From positions 1 through 51,688 of the forward strand of contig CAYGLL010000007.1 in assembly GCA_964350935.1 (NCBI GenBank): a stretch of DNA of 51,688 bases, given 5' to 3'. The notes below the pieces were generated by a model. That model was not told where the DNA came from. It searched no databases and saw only the letters and a program-made list of their open reading frames with translations. Below are positions 24,942 through 34,120 of this stretch, in pieces. The translations under genes were made by a program, and so were the position numbers. The DNA comes from an uncultured Candidatus Saccharibacteria bacterium (GTDB lineage: Bacteria; Patescibacteriota; Minisyncoccia; Phycocordibacterales; CAYGLL01). The first letter of the stretch is position 1; each line of letters begins with the position of its first letter.

Positions 24942-26504
24942 CTAACGAACCGGGACTGAAAACGAAAACGTGCTTCCCTTTCCCTTTCCTTCGGATGAAA
25001 CCTGAAGCGATCCTTCATGGTGGGAAATAATCTGACGTGCTAAATAGAGTCCCACACCCAAACCCTCTGTATCGAGTTTTTTCTGATCATCACCGCGATA
25101 AAAACGTTCAAAAACTCGCCCCAAATCCTCCCGGGCCATTCCCACCCCTGTATCTTTAATCTCGCATATTGTTTTGTCCTGATCCTGCCATAAGCGTACA
25201 GAAACCTTTCCGCCCGCAGGAGTATAGTTAACAGCATTATCCAATAGTATCTGGAGTACAAATTTAATGCGTGTTGCATCAATCTTCGCTGTCAGATGCG
25301 CGCGCATATCCTTTTCAAGAGTTATTTTTTTGTCCTCAATTTTTTTGGCATAGTCAGCCAAAACCTCCGTCAAAAAACTTGAAAAATCAACAACCTCAAA
25401 TTTATAGAGGTAGTTCTTACTTTCAGTTTCTGAAACCCCCACCAGAAGATTGGTAAGTTCGGTAAGGCGAGTTGTGGAATGCTGTATGTCAATCAAATCT
25501 TTCTTTGTCTCCTCACCTACGTTGCGCTGAAGTGCATTTTCGCTTGCCCATTTGATATGAGTAAGCGGCGTGCGGAATTTATGTGTCGCAACATTAATAA
25601 ACTCATATTTTAAGATGTCCACCTCTTTAATTTTTCGCCAGACAAAAATACCGATAGTAACCGTCACTAACGAAATAAGAAACGGAAAGAACCACAAAGG
25701 AAACTCCGGAACTCTTGTCAAAATATAGTTGTTAGCAAGACTAACCAAACTTGTGAGAAATCCCATGAGAATGACCAGAAGTGCATACACAAGCGCTTTC
25801 TTAGCCACCACTCGAATATCCATAAGATCAAACTTAACCACCGCGTAGGCAAATGGCACTGCAAACAAAACACCGAAGTAGCTTGCCCATGCCGGATCAA
25901 CAGGTATGTTATACACCAATAAAATAGCCACACTTCCAAAAGCGTAACCGAGCAAAAAACTCACAAAAAAATATTTTAAACGATTTTGAAGCCCGCGGAC
26001 ACTTGTTGGATAGACGCGAATGATATGAATGAAAAAATAGAGCGGCACCAACATATTTGAGAATACCCTCATGATCCAGTGGTAGGGGCCCGGAACATAG
26101 TAGTTCAAAAAATACAGTTTGGAACGGGAGTCTAAGAGAAAGAAGTCCGGAAAAATAAGATAAAAAATAAAAAGTGCGGCAGAGACAGTATAAATAATCA
26201 TGAGCGGCATTTTTTCCTCTTTTAACTTTCCGGTCACCGCAAACGTACAATGTGCAAAAAAACAGGAAAGAAAAATATTCGCCAAATTAAACATTAATAC
26301 ATTTCGGGAAAGATGCGGATCACGGATATTTACTCCAATAAGATGCGAGACCGTAAAAACGCCGACCGAAATAAAACCCAAAATGAGCATTCTGTTTGCC
26401 ACTTTGCTGTGATCTTTAATATAGACAAAAAGAGCAAGCCCAAGAAAAGCGATCGACGTAAGCGTGAAGCCGGCGTTATGGAGAAAAAGGTTGACGTTAA
26501 TCAC
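24942..26504 (-). CDS. membrane sensor histidine kinase
   Basis: ~7 TM N-terminal region, H-box ATHKFRTPLTHI, HATPase boxes LLDNAVNYT / DTGVGM / GLGVGL; GTG start. Confidence 0.8.
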   Translation of the reverse strand: MINVNLFLHNAGFTLTSIAFLGLALFVYIKDHSKVANRMLILGFISVGVFTVSHLIGVNIRDPHLSRNVLMFNLANIFLSCFFAHCTFAVTGKLKEEKMPLMIIYTVSAALFIFYLIFPDFFLLDSRSKLYFLNYYVPGPYHWIMRVFSNMLVPLYFFIHIIRVYPTSVRGLQNRLKYFFVSFLLGYAFGSVAILLVYNIPVDPAWASYFGVLFAVPFAYAVVKFDLMDIRVVAKKALVYALLVILMGFLTSLVSLANNYILTRVPEFPLWFFPFLISLVTVTIGIFVWRKIKEVDILKYEFINVATHKFRTPLTHIKWASENALQRNVGEETKKDLIDIQHSTTRLTELTNLLVGVSETESKNYLYKFEVVDFSSFLTEVLADYAKKIEDKKITLEKDMRAHLTAKIDATRIKFVLQILLDNAVNYTPAGGKVSVRLWQDQDKTICEIKDTGVGMAREDLGRVFERFYRGDDQKKLDTEGLGVGLYLARQIISHHEGSLQVSSEGKGKGSTFSFSVPVR

Positions 26505-26526
26505 CTATCCATCATAACAAACAAGA

Positions 26527-26549
26527 CCCCGGTTACTATCCGGGGTTTT
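26527..26549. terminator. terminator-like hairpin between rpoD and the kinase gene, directly 5' of element A on the plus strand
   Basis: CCCCGG ttactat CCGGGG followed by TTTT (plus) or TCTTGTTTG (minus). Confidence 0.5.
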
Positions 26550-26553
26550 GTTG

Positions 26554-26618
26554 ATTAGCGACGTAGAGTGAGAGAAATGAAGAATTCTTATTTTTCATTT
26601 CCGAACCGAGAAGCTAAT
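26554..26618 (+). repeat. structured intergenic element, copy A (65 nt)
   Basis: ATTAGC GACGTAGAGTGAGA GAAATGAA..TTCATTTC CGAACCGAGAA GCTAAT, 23 nt from the rpoD stop. Confidence 0.85.
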
Positions 26619-26641
26619 ATAAGGCTTAAATACCGCTTTTA

Positions 26642-27829
26642 TTAGTAGCTCTTAAGTTTTGATATTTTTTCGTGCTGGCGAATTTTTTCGTGGGCTTTTG
26701 CTTCGATCTGGCGGATACGCTCACGGGTAACGCCGAATTTCTGGCCAACCTCTTCGAGTGTGTGTGTAATACCGTCCATAAGCCCATGACGCATCTCAAG
26801 AATCCTCTGCTCTTTATCTGAAAGATCTTCAAGAATTTCACGCACCTGATCACGCAAAATACGACGTGATGCTTCCTGGTCTGGAGACAGAATCTTATCA
26901 TCAAAAAGAAAATCTCCGAGGGTTGATCGTCCATCATCACTATCATCGCCAACCGGACTCTCGAGTGATACGGTGTCCTGATCAATCTTTTCGATTTGGT
27001 AAATTTTATCGGTATCAACTCCCATTTCAATTCCAATTTCCTCCGGTAACGGGTCACGTCCCAAATCCTGCGACAGACGTCGTACTACTTGTTTATATTT
27101 AGCAATGGTCTCAACCATGTGAACCGGAACACGAATGGTGCGCGACTGATCAGCGAGAGCACGCGTGATAGCCTGGCGAATCCACCAGGTTGCGTAGGTT
27201 GAAAACTTGTAACCTTTTTTCCAGTCAAACTTATCAACCGCCTTAAAGAGACCGAGGTTTCCTTCCTGAATAAGATCGAGAAGTGTTAAATCAGGACTGC
27301 GCCCAACGTATTTTTTTGCAATCGAAACAACGAGACGTAGGTTTGCGCGAGCAAGCAAATTTTTTGCTTCGTCGTCACCTTTTTCAATCCGCTTTGCAAG
27401 TTCTTTTTCCTCAGCTGCATTGATGAGGGGGTACTGTCCAATCTCTTTCAAATACATTTGGATAGAATCGTACGAGGAATCGCTCTTTGAGTAACCATAC
27501 TGCTTTGTCTGTTTTTCTTCCTGCTGGATTTCAAGCATTCCCCCTCCCTCAAGAACGTCAATACCGGCCACGCTAAACTTTTCATACAACGTATCGAGGA
27601 ACGAAATATCATTTTCAATAGTCGGAAATTCTCGCAAAATTTCATCATACGTCACAAAGCCTCGCTCTTTACCCTTAGCAATCAAACGGTCGGCTTTGCG
27701 ATCAAAATCCTGAGCCTTTTTTGAAGCACTTTTTTGTGGAACAGCAGGCTGCTTTTTAGACACAGCCTTCTCAGGCGTTTTCTTTTTGGCGACTTTTTTA
27801 ACCGATTTTTTTGTATTTTTTTTCTTCAT
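26642..27829 (-). CDS. rpoD: RNA polymerase sigma-70 factor RpoD
   Basis: Lys-rich N-terminus; region 2 YATWWIRQAITRA; region 4.2 TLEEVGQKFGVTRERIRQIEAKA. Confidence 0.9.
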   Translation of the reverse strand: MKKKNTKKSVKKVAKKKTPEKAVSKKQPAVPQKSASKKAQDFDRKADRLIAKGKERGFVTYDEILREFPTIENDISFLDTLYEKFSVAGIDVLEGGGMLEIQQEEKQTKQYGYSKSDSSYDSIQMYLKEIGQYPLINAAEEKELAKRIEKGDDEAKNLLARANLRLVVSIAKKYVGRSPDLTLLDLIQEGNLGLFKAVDKFDWKKGYKFSTYATWWIRQAITRALADQSRTIRVPVHMVETIAKYKQVVRRLSQDLGRDPLPEEIGIEMGVDTDKIYQIEKIDQDTVSLESPVGDDSDDGRSTLGDFLFDDKILSPDQEASRRILRDQVREILEDLSDKEQRILEMRHGLMDGITHTLEEVGQKFGVTRERIRQIEAKAHEKIRQHEKISKLKSY

Positions 27830-27834
27830 AAATT

Positions 27835-27941
27835 ATTAGCGACGTAGAGTGAGCGACCTTGTTTGATTTATCAGACAAGGAGTACCCTTGTGGTATGAAA
27901 TGGGAAATTTTTATTTTTCATTTCCGAACCGAGGAGCTAAT
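27835..27941 (+). repeat. structured intergenic element, copy B (107 nt = copy A layout plus 42-nt two-hairpin insertion)
   Basis: Same ends and loops as copy A; begins 5 nt from the rpoD start codon. Confidence 0.85.
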
Positions 27942-28027
27942 ATAAGAGTTACCTTACCTGAGACTATACCGACCATACGTCATATTCCTGGAATTATACT
28001 GATCTCTATTACTAATAAATACTGCTT

Positions 28028-29773
28028 TTATTTTCGTTCCTTCAGCTGAATTTCGTTGATTTTTTTTGAAACGTCCTGCGACCTCTTCAGGAGTGACATT
28101 GCTTTTAAGTGATCGTGCTCCCGTTCGACCTTGTCTATCTCAATTATCAGTCCTGCAAGTTCTGCTTTAAGGTATTCAAGATGGATATCGTTTAATAGTC
28201 GGCTAATATCCTCAGAAATGACTTGCGATGTATCATAATACGCTTCTGCCTCAAAAATCAATCTTTGCTGAGCCTCCTCCTCAATGTTCTTTAAAAACTG
28301 ACTCCCTCGCGATCCCCCTGAAATCTGGTCCCATTCTTTAAGAACAGTATCCGGGTCTCGCGCCGGCGATTTTGTTGTTTTAAGCCATAAAATGACCCCA
28401 GTCAGGCGTTGCTCGAGAAAATCTTTTCGATCAAACGCAACACGTTCCGATCCTACTTTAACAGCGATTTCTTCGCCTCCCGATGAACCAGCTTTGGCAA
28501 GCACACTGTCACGAGATATATGAGCGAGATCCTTCCATAAGGCGTCGTCTTTAATTCGTGTCATTTTTGATATTTCACTGATGAAATGTGACTGCACGAC
28601 CGAACTTTCAATAAGTGACACCAGGGGCAACACCTCGTGTGTAACACGACGGGCCAAAACCCTGCCGTCGGTCGCTTCTTTTACTGCGCGCTCGGCGAAA
28701 AAAGTAATAACGTGATTTGATTCCTTGATTACTGCCTTAATTACCTCAAGTCCGTGGCGCGCAATATCTGCAGGATCTTGCCCGTCCGGAAAAAGTGCAA
28801 TCTTAACTTCCATGCCTTGCGCGAGGGTAAGTACCGATGCTCGATATGCCGCTTTCAAACCCGCCGCGTCACCATCATACGCAAGAATCATATTAGAAGA
28901 GAGACGGCGCACCAATTCAATCTGTTCGAACGAAAGAGCGGTTCCCGACGTTGCTACGACATTAGTAAGTCCAACCTGATGTGACATAACGAGATCCATC
29001 TGACCCTCAACCAGTATCGAGTAGCCGAATTTTCTCATGCCGTCTTTTGCCTTATCAAAACCGTAGAGTACTTTTGATTTGGTGAAGATCGGCGTCTCGG
29101 GACTATTCAAATATTTCGGTTCGTTTTCTTCCTGGTTTAAAATTCTTCCTGAGAAAGCAACAATGCGACCAGAACTATCGAAGATGGGAAACTGGATGCG
29201 CCCGCGGAAACGATCATACACTGTTTTGCCGTCATCGGATTTTTTTATGAGCCCCGCCTTCTCCATCTCCCCCTGCGTATATCCACGCGAAGAAAGGTGC
29301 GTTCCGAGTGCGCGCCACTCTTTTGGCGCAAACCCCAAACGCCATTTTTCAAATGAAGCCTGATTTAATCCGCGTTTGAGAAGATACTCGCGGGCGGCAG
29401 TTTCCGTTGTTAAGTTTGACTCGAACCATCGCGACGCCTCTTCCATGATTTCGTACAACTTGTCCTTCTCGCTCTTTAAAGTCGGGTTTTCTTTTACAAT
29501 CTCAACACCCGCACGCGCAGCCAGAGTTTTGAGTGCGCCCAGAAAATCAGTTCCCTCAAACTGCTCAACGAAAGTGAACATGTCCCCTTTCATGCCGCAT
29601 CCAAAACAATAGAACGTGCCCCGGTTGGGTGACACGAAAAAGGATGGCGTCTTTTCGTGATGAAAAGGACACCGTGCCTTGTAACTCGAACCGGCTTTCT
29701 CAAGCTTGATTGAACCTCCGATCACGTCAACGATCGAAAGCCGGTCTTTAATTTGTTCTACAGTTGAAGACAT
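28028..29773 (-). CDS. dnaG: DNA primase DnaG
   Basis: CHC2 zinc finger CPFHHEKTPSFFVSPNRGTFYCFGCG; TOPRIM EGQMDL...YDGDAAG. Confidence 0.9.
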   Translation of the reverse strand: MSSTVEQIKDRLSIVDVIGGSIKLEKAGSSYKARCPFHHEKTPSFFVSPNRGTFYCFGCGMKGDMFTFVEQFEGTDFLGALKTLAARAGVEIVKENPTLKSEKDKLYEIMEEASRWFESNLTTETAAREYLLKRGLNQASFEKWRLGFAPKEWRALGTHLSSRGYTQGEMEKAGLIKKSDDGKTVYDRFRGRIQFPIFDSSGRIVAFSGRILNQEENEPKYLNSPETPIFTKSKVLYGFDKAKDGMRKFGYSILVEGQMDLVMSHQVGLTNVVATSGTALSFEQIELVRRLSSNMILAYDGDAAGLKAAYRASVLTLAQGMEVKIALFPDGQDPADIARHGLEVIKAVIKESNHVITFFAERAVKEATDGRVLARRVTHEVLPLVSLIESSVVQSHFISEISKMTRIKDDALWKDLAHISRDSVLAKAGSSGGEEIAVKVGSERVAFDRKDFLEQRLTGVILWLKTTKSPARDPDTVLKEWDQISGGSRGSQFLKNIEEEAQQRLIFEAEAYYDTSQVISEDISRLLNDIHLEYLKAELAGLIIEIDKVEREHDHLKAMSLLKRSQDVSKKINEIQLKERK

Positions 29774-29811
29774 GGTTCGCGAGAGGCATCACACCTCGAC
29801 ACGTTACTACC
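29217..29811. repeat. tandem duplication unit 1 (595 bp, dnaG 5' end plus 38-nt leader)
   Basis: Identical by eye to 29812-30406. ORF-track proteins at 29376 and 29971 are identical with a 595-nt offset. TACA microhomology at all three junction points. Confidence 0.9.
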
Positions 29812-30368
29812 TACACTGTTTTGCCGTCATCGGATTTTTTTATGAGCCCCGCCTTCTCCATCTCCCCCTGCGTATATCCACGCGAAGAAAGGTGCGTTCC
29901 GAGTGCGCGCCACTCTTTTGGCGCAAACCCCAAACGCCATTTTTCAAATGAAGCCTGATTTAATCCGCGTTTGAGAAGATACTCGCGGGCGGCAGTTTCC
30001 GTTGTTAAGTTTGACTCGAACCATCGCGACGCCTCTTCCATGATTTCGTACAACTTGTCCTTCTCGCTCTTTAAAGTCGGGTTTTCTTTTACAATCTCAA
30101 CACCCGCACGCGCAGCCAGAGTTTTGAGTGCGCCCAGAAAATCAGTTCCCTCAAACTGCTCAACGAAAGTGAACATGTCCCCTTTCATGCCGCATCCAAA
30201 ACAATAGAACGTGCCCCGGTTGGGTGACACGAAAAAGGATGGCGTCTTTTCGTGATGAAAAGGACACCGTGCCTTGTAACTCGAACCGGCTTTCTCAAGC
30301 TTGATTGAACCTCCGATCACGTCAACGATCGAAAGCCGGTCTTTAATTTGTTCTACAGTTGAAGACAT
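29811..30368 (-). pseudogene. truncated duplicate of the dnaG 5' end (185 aa: zinc finger plus start of the polymerase domain)
   Basis: Amino-acid sequence identical to DnaG residues 1-185. It ends at a TAG created at the duplication junction (29811-29813). Confidence 0.65.
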
Positions 30369-30406
30369 GGTTCGCGAGAGGCATCACACCTCGACACGTT
30401 ACTACC
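29812..30406. repeat. tandem duplication unit 2 (595 bp)
   Basis: See unit 1. Confidence 0.9.
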
Positions 30407-30425
30407 TACAACTGACTTTTAAACA

Positions 30426-33400
30426 CTATTCCTCCTCAGTAACTTCCGGCGCGTGAAGAGCTGCGCTCAATTCCGTGACCAACTTATTCTTCGGACTTCC
30501 CTTCATACCGGTGCCGGCGGGGATAAGACGACCGATGATAACGTTTTCCATAAGACCTACGAGATGATCGGTGTTACCCCGGATAGCCGCATTAATGAGC
30601 ATGCGGGTTGAATTCTGAAAAGATGCTGAAGAAAGGAAACTACGCCGAGAAAGTGAAACTTCAGTGATTCCCATGATGGTTGCTTCCGCTTTCGCAGCGG
30701 TCTTACCTGATTTCTCAATGCGCTGATTTTCAAGATGAAGTTCGCGTTCATTAACAACGTCACCAATTGAGAAATGAGTATCTCCCGGATCTTTAACACG
30801 GTGACGTGAGAACATTTGTCGAACAATAACCTCGATATGCTTACGGGAAACCGCCTCACCCTGAAGCTCGTAGAGTCGGTTAACATCAGTAATGATGTAC
30901 TGTTGCGTGCGCTCGCGGCCGGCGTACTTGAAGAGTTCATCGAGGTCAGCTGATCCGTCAGTTAAGAAGTCACCTTTCTTAACAGAGTCGCCCACTTTTA
31001 CGAGCGGAACGCGGCGCCAGTGAACTTCATACTCTGTCTCCGCCGATTTCTTTTTACCTTTTTCAGTTGCGTTCGAGAGAACGACAATAACTTTTTCTTT
31101 TCCGAGATCTTTGATGTCAGTTACCGTACCGTCGATGTGACAAATAACAGCAGGATTCTTTGGCTCGCGCTTTTCAAAAACTTCTTCAACGCGCGGCAAA
31201 CCCTGTGTGATGTCTCCGCCGATTGACGCTGTACCTCCGGCATGGAACGTACGCATCGTAAGCTGAGTACCTGGCTCTCCAATAGCCTGAGCTGCGACTG
31301 TTCCCACCGCCTCACCAATTCCAATGAGTTGGTTGCGACCAAGATCGTATCCGTAACATTTAACACAGACACCCTGAGTTGCCTCGCAGGTCATCGGTGA
31401 GCGCACAGAAACCTTGGTGACATTCGCTGCCTCAATCGCCTGCGCATCATGCTTTGAGATCAAGTGACTTTTCTTAAACAAAACCTTGCCCTTGGGGTCT
31501 TCGGCATCTTCCGCGAGAATACGGCCTTTGATGTTTCGAGACATCGGAATCTCAATACCGGACGAACTGTCCTTTCCAATCCATACACCAGCCTTTGTTC
31601 CACAGTCTTCTTCTTCAATCATAACGTCCTGAGAAACAACGAAAAGTTTACGGGTGAGGTAGCCGGCCTTTGCAGTGTTGAGCGCTGTGTCGGTCAAACC
31701 CTTACGTGAACCGTGAGTGGTAATGAAGTACTCAATCGGGGTCAAACCCGCCTTGTTTGATGAGAGAATAGGAAACTCGATGGTCTCACCGGCAATGTTT
31801 GCGATCAAACCCTTCATACCGGCCATGTTGGTGATCTGAGTCAAGGTTCCACGGGCACCTGAAAGAACCATGTCCGCAACGGAACCGTTCTTATCCAAGG
31901 TGTCAGGAATAAGTTTTTCAACTTTGCTCTTTGCATCGTGCCAGATTTCTATATTTTTGCGCAGACGCTCGTCATGCGAAAGCAATCCCTGATTGTACTG
32001 ATCCAATGCTTCACGAGCCTCTTTTTTCGCATCAATAACAATCTTCTTCTTGTCCTCAGGTTCTTTGATATCGTCAATTCCCCACGTAACACCAGAACGT
32101 GTTGCATACTCGAAACCAAGCTTCTTGATACGATCGAGCATTTCAGGGACATGGTCATAACCATAGCGGTCAATAAGATCGTCAGCGAGCGCCGTGATGC
32201 GCTTACGGGTAATTTCCTGGTTTATGTACGGGTAATCAGAAGGCAAAACGCTATTGAAGATGAGACGGCCGATTGATGTTTTGAAAGCGCGGCCTTTGAA
32301 CTCATCAAATTTCTTTTCCTCCGTTCCCAATACCAGAACCTCGGCGCGTGTATCGACAACTCCGAAATCGCGTGCGGTCATCGCACTGTGCGGCGTCGAG
32401 AACAACTTTCCTTCGCCTTTCAATCCCTTAATGATCTTCGTCATCCAGAATGTTCCGAGTACGATGTCGAGCTTCGCGGTGACGATTGGTTCACCGTTTC
32501 CAGGCTTCAAGATGTTTTTGTCGGCAGCCATAATCTCTCGGGCCTCTGTTTGGGCCTCAACTGAAAGAGGAACGTGAACAGCCATTTGGTCTCCGTCGAA
32601 GTCAGCGTTAAACGCGGTACAAACAAGCGGATGAATCTGAATAGCATTACCTTCAATCAAGATCGGCTTAAATGCCTGAATGCCGAGGCGGTGAAGTGTC
32701 GGAGCGCGGTTCAAGAGCACGTGTTTATCGGAAATGACTTCTTCGAGAATCGCCCAAACTTCCGGAATTCCCTCTTCTATCAAACGGCTTGCGCCACGAA
32801 TATTGTATGCCAACTCTTTCTTCAGAAGTCCTGAAATAACGAATGGTTTAAAGAGTTCGAGCGCCATATGCTTCGGAAGTCCGCACTGGTTGAGCTTGAG
32901 ATCGGGTCCGACAACGATAACTGAACGGCCTGAGTAGTCCACGCGCTTACCGAGAAGGTTCTGGCGAAAGAGTCCTCGTTTACCCTTGAGGTTGTCCGAA
33001 AGTGATTTCAGCGGTCGACGCTGTGCCTGTGAGAGGGCTCCCTGTGACGCGCTACCGTGACGAATTGAGTTATCGATCAAAGAGTCAACAGCCTCCTGCA
33101 AAATACGCTTCTCGTTTCGGAGAATAACTTCAGGCGCTGAAATTTCTTTCAACTTCTTCAAACGATTGTTACGGTTGATGACACGACGATAAAGGTCGTT
33201 TACATCTGAGGTGGCATAGCGACCACCGTCGAGGGGAACCATTGGACGAAGTGCTGGTGGAATAACAGGAATCTTGGTCAAAAACATCCACTCCGGGCGA
33301 ACTCCCGCAGCGATCATGGCGCGCAAAACTGAAAGACGCTTATTAAGCTTTTCGCGCTCAATTGAGCTTGCGTCTTCAAGTGCGACTTCAAGTTTTTTGA

Positions 33401-34109
33401 CTAGCAATTTAAGATCCAGATTTTTACAAATATCGTAGAGTGCTTCAGCACCAATCTCAGCCTCAAAAAGCGTGCCGTATTTAACGGAATAATTGTGGTA
33501 AGAAAGCTCATCAAGAACGGTTCCCACTTTAATCACTTCAATATCCTTCTTGGTCTTCAGGAAGAGTTCTTTCAATGATTCCTTTCCCTTCTCGTCGTTC
33601 AATGTTTTTGCCTTTGACTTGTATTCTGAATCGAGATCTTTAAGAATGCGTCCGCGCTCGTCTTCAGCAACCGCAGTAACAATGTAACCCGCGAAGTAGG
33701 CAACCTTTTCAAGGTCGCCAGCGCTCATACCAAGCACGAGTGCGATGCGGGAAGGAACGCTGCGCAAGAACCAGATGTGTGCAACCGGCGTTGCAAGCTC
33801 GATGTGTCCCATACGTTCACGACGAACAATAGAGCGCGTAATCTCAACGCCACATTTTTCACAGACAATTCCCTTGTAACGAATACCGCGATACTTTCCA
33901 CAGTAACATTCGTAATCCTTATCGGGACCGAATATTTTTTCGTCGAACAAACCGCTCTTTTCAGAACGCTGTGTTCGATAGTTGATTGTTTCAGGACGAG
34001 TAACCTCACCAAATGACCATTCCTTAATACGTTCAGGCGAAGCGAGCTTCAGTGTGATCGAATCGAAGTCCATTGACGGTCCTTGAATTTTTTTATTGTG
34101 TGTATTCAT
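30426..34109 (-). CDS. rpoC: DNA-directed RNA polymerase subunit beta'
   Basis: 1227 aa; catalytic NADFDGDQM; zinc-binding CYCGKY...CEKCGVE. Confidence 0.92.
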   Translation of the reverse strand: MNTHNKKIQGPSMDFDSITLKLASPERIKEWSFGEVTRPETINYRTQRSEKSGLFDEKIFGPDKDYECYCGKYRGIRYKGIVCEKCGVEITRSIVRRERMGHIELATPVAHIWFLRSVPSRIALVLGMSAGDLEKVAYFAGYIVTAVAEDERGRILKDLDSEYKSKAKTLNDEKGKESLKELFLKTKKDIEVIKVGTVLDELSYHNYSVKYGTLFEAEIGAEALYDICKNLDLKLLVKKLEVALEDASSIEREKLNKRLSVLRAMIAAGVRPEWMFLTKIPVIPPALRPMVPLDGGRYATSDVNDLYRRVINRNNRLKKLKEISAPEVILRNEKRILQEAVDSLIDNSIRHGSASQGALSQAQRRPLKSLSDNLKGKRGLFRQNLLGKRVDYSGRSVIVVGPDLKLNQCGLPKHMALELFKPFVISGLLKKELAYNIRGASRLIEEGIPEVWAILEEVISDKHVLLNRAPTLHRLGIQAFKPILIEGNAIQIHPLVCTAFNADFDGDQMAVHVPLSVEAQTEAREIMAADKNILKPGNGEPIVTAKLDIVLGTFWMTKIIKGLKGEGKLFSTPHSAMTARDFGVVDTRAEVLVLGTEEKKFDEFKGRAFKTSIGRLIFNSVLPSDYPYINQEITRKRITALADDLIDRYGYDHVPEMLDRIKKLGFEYATRSGVTWGIDDIKEPEDKKKIVIDAKKEAREALDQYNQGLLSHDERLRKNIEIWHDAKSKVEKLIPDTLDKNGSVADMVLSGARGTLTQITNMAGMKGLIANIAGETIEFPILSSNKAGLTPIEYFITTHGSRKGLTDTALNTAKAGYLTRKLFVVSQDVMIEEEDCGTKAGVWIGKDSSSGIEIPMSRNIKGRILAEDAEDPKGKVLFKKSHLISKHDAQAIEAANVTKVSVRSPMTCEATQGVCVKCYGYDLGRNQLIGIGEAVGTVAAQAIGEPGTQLTMRTFHAGGTASIGGDITQGLPRVEEVFEKREPKNPAVICHIDGTVTDIKDLGKEKVIVVLSNATEKGKKKSAETEYEVHWRRVPLVKVGDSVKKGDFLTDGSADLDELFKYAGRERTQQYIITDVNRLYELQGEAVSRKHIEVIVRQMFSRHRVKDPGDTHFSIGDVVNERELHLENQRIEKSGKTAAKAEATIMGITEVSLSRRSFLSSASFQNSTRMLINAAIRGNTDHLVGLMENVIIGRLIPAGTGMKGSPKNKLVTELSAALHAPEVTEEE

Positions 34110-34120
34110 GGTTGTAGATA

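Noticed and set aside
29217-30406. The 595-bp repeat as a mobile element or MITE
   Set aside because: Both copies are simply the dnaG 5' coding sequence plus leader in direct tandem. There are no terminal inverted repeats and no target-site duplication beyond 4-nt microhomology.
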